Positions 62,267-64,000 of a stretch of DNA of 64,000 nucleotides are shown here, piece by piece. Source of the stretch: Candidatus Adlerbacteria bacterium. GTDB taxonomy: Bacteria > Patescibacteriota > Minisyncoccia > Phycocordibacterales > SBAW01. The stretch lies in contig DAIDHJ010000001.1 of NCBI GenBank assembly GCA_027451965.1, positions 87,639 to 151,638 of the forward strand, given 5' to 3'. Position numbers and translations under genes: made by a program. Numbering within the stretch: the stretch's first letter is position 1; the number at the start of each line of letters is the position of its first letter. The notes beneath the pieces were generated by a model. The model was not told the origin of the DNA, searched no databases, and saw only the letters and a program-made list of their open reading frames with translations.

Positions 62267-63109
62267 TGATACGCAAATCGTAATAAGACCGACCGCTGCA
62301 CAGTAATACGCAAAAGGGATGAGCGTATGCGTTTTAAAGTAGCGAGTTAAAAATCGCACGGAAACATATGCACCGAGTGCGGCAGCCCCGGCACCGACCA
62401 CAAATATCATCATATTCACCGCTTCTCCTGAAAGCGCTAGTTCCGGTATTTTTAATACGCCAGCAGCGAAGATAATGGGTGTTGCAAGCAAAAATGCATA
62501 ACGAGCTGCATCTTCATGTGAGAGTCCAACCATAAGACTTCCTGCAAGAGTGGCGCCTGTACGTGAAAATCCAGGCAGAAGTGCCAAGCACTGCACCAAT
62601 CCAATTTTGATTGCCTCTATCCAAGAGAGATGAGCTACTCGTTCGTAACTATGACTCTCTTGGATTGGTCTACGATGTATAAACCACTCAGCTATGTACA
62701 GCACAATACCATTTCCGATAAGGAAGTATCCAGCGTACAACGGTATTGCAAAAAGCATAGAAAATTGTTTTTCAAACAAAATACCTAGAATTCCTACTGG
62801 TACAGAACTGACGATCAGTAACCACCCGATACGTGCATAGGTGTCATCTTGCCGTATTTCCCGTGTGCGAAGTGAACGTCCTAATCCTTGCAGAATTAAT
62901 TTCCAATCAGCAAAGAAAAAGAGAAAGAGCACAAGCGCGGTGGCAATATGAGTGACGACGATAAAAGTGATGAATACAGGGTCTTGTTGATCAAGATGCC
63001 ATCCTACCAGACTAGGAATGATAACGCTGTGTCCAAGGCTTGATATAGGAAACAGTTCGCTGATGCCTTGCACGAGCCCCAATATGAGCGCTTGAAAGAC
63101 AGAAAGCAT
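62255..63109 (-). CDS. uppP: undecaprenyl-diphosphatase
   Basis: MLSVFQALILGLVQGISELFPISSLGHS... and PGFSRTGATLAG: the BacA/UppP signature. Confidence 0.85.
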   Translation of the reverse strand: MLSVFQALILGLVQGISELFPISSLGHSVIIPSLVGWHLDQQDPVFITFIVVTHIATALVLFLFFFADWKLILQGLGRSLRTREIRQDDTYARIGWLLIVSSVPVGILGILFEKQFSMLFAIPLYAGYFLIGNGIVLYIAEWFIHRRPIQESHSYERVAHLSWIEAIKIGLVQCLALLPGFSRTGATLAGSLMVGLSHEDAARYAFLLATPIIFAAGVLKIPELALSGEAVNMMIFVVGAGAAALGAYVSVRFLTRYFKTHTLIPFAYYCAAVGLITICVSLLH

Positions 63110-63116
63110 GCTGTTT

Positions 63117-63746
63117 TTAATTTTCTCCCGACATTTTTATAGCTGGATCTTCACCATCTTCATACGTATCGGCCGACTCATCAGGAAGAGATGTATCTTC
63201 TTTTGTGCCGGAGGAGAATCCAGGCATCCAGTGCCCATGTCTGCCAATGAGGTAATTGCGCGGATTGTCACAAATATCGATAAAATCGTCCGCCGCTTCC
63301 CGCAAACTAGTAGAAGATGATTTTCCAAACGCAATTACTTCCACCTGACAGCCGTGCGTGTACCTGAGGTACTCCACTAAGGGTACAAAATCTCCGTCCC
63401 CCGTTGCGAGGATAATGGTGTCGAGTTTTTGAGCCATAGCAATAGCATCGATAGCCATGCCAATATCCCAGTCCGCTTTTTTTGCACCGCCGGCAAAAAT
63501 CCGAATATCTTTCACTTTGGTTTCAATACCTAACTTATTGAGTGCTTCAAAAAACCCTTTTTCTTCCTCAGATTCCGTGCGGATAACATAGGCAACTGCA
63601 CGAATAAGCGTGCGTCCTGCCAATGCTTCCTTGACCACCTGGCCGAAATTTACCCTTGCTTTATAAAGATTTTTTGCACTATGGTACAAGTTTTGCGTAT
63701 CGATAAAAATACCGACTCGCTGACTCTTATGTTTTATGATTGCCAT
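63117..63746 (-). CDS. NYN-domain (LabA-like/DUF88, PIN-like) protein
   Basis: RVGIFIDTQNLYHSAKNLY...DIGMAIDAIAMA...DTIILATGDGDFVPLVEYLR are NYN acidic motifs. Confidence 0.7.
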   Translation of the reverse strand: MAIIKHKSQRVGIFIDTQNLYHSAKNLYKARVNFGQVVKEALAGRTLIRAVAYVIRTESEEEKGFFEALNKLGIETKVKDIRIFAGGAKKADWDIGMAIDAIAMAQKLDTIILATGDGDFVPLVEYLRYTHGCQVEVIAFGKSSSTSLREAADDFIDICDNPRNYLIGRHGHWMPGFSSGTKEDTSLPDESADTYEDGEDPAIKMSGEN

Positions 63747-63850
63747 AGAAAATTACAAACACAGACTATAAAAATAAAAATACCTGCGTACTCAAGCAGT
63801 ATACCGCAGCATTGTGCAGATACGATGTAGACCCATCCGTAGAAGGTTTA

Positions 63851-64000
63851 CTTCTTCAAACTCAGCTTCTTAACGATAGCGTTATAGCGTTTTTTGTCGC
63901 TATGCTCGAGATACTTCAAATGTGAACGGCGGTCTGCCACCATTTGGAGAAGTCCACGGCGAGAGTGCTTATCTTTCGCGTGCTTCTTGAGATGGTTTGC
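63851..64000 (-). CDS. rpsO: 30S ribosomal protein S15, C-terminal fragment (window edge)
   Basis: The reverse strand translates ...LKKHAKDKHSRRGLLQMVADRRSHLKYLEHSDKKRYNAIVKKLSLKK*, which is the S15 C-terminus. Confidence 0.8.

Noticed and set aside
1-64000. CRISPR arrays, rRNA genes, transposases/IS elements, integrases, relaxases
   Set aside because: No regularly spaced direct repeats, no rRNA-like conserved stretches, and no DDE transposase or tyrosine/serine recombinase motifs in any six-frame ORF.

Overview
This 64-kb window is a chromosomal segment of a small-genome bacterium. Compact housekeeping genes, many short secreted or membrane hypothetical proteins, and tRNAs mostly without encoded CCA suggest a CPR/Patescibacteria-like organism; this is inference only. 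The window spans the replication origin: dnaN-dnaA with DnaA boxes, then rpmH-rnpA-yidC-jag. Identifiable core genes include rplK-nusG-secE, rplS, rpsT, rpsO (partial), polA, holA-like, pcrA/uvrD, pnp, ruvA, ruvB-yebC-ruvC, ruvX, tyrS, PBP1A, a Mur ligase, ksgA, tsaE, uppP, pilB/gspE, an ECF sigma with a putative anti-sigma, MFS and ZIP transporters, and nine tRNAs: His, Leu, Val, Arg x3, Ser, Lys. Accessory content: (i) a Sau3AI/MutH-like GATC-type restriction enzyme, C5-cytosine methyltransferase and vsr cassette lying directly 3' of tRNA-His; (ii) a ~13-kb single-strand operon (41.0-54.0 kb) encoding a minimal type-IV-secretion/pilus-like apparatus (split VirB4, PrgI/VirB3-like, VirB6/TrbL-like, VirB2-like pilin) surrounded by large secreted proteins of unknown function, with no coupling protein, relaxase or integrase in the window. 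I judge (ii) the most interesting system here. Other notable items: a double-length ThyX-like protein after a dCTP-deaminase fragment, a tRNA-Arg with anticodon GCG, a triple-YbjQ membrane protein, several small ORFs with strong expression signals, and candidate cis-regulatory or ncRNA regions. All calls come from reading the sequence and translations by eye; no searches were run.
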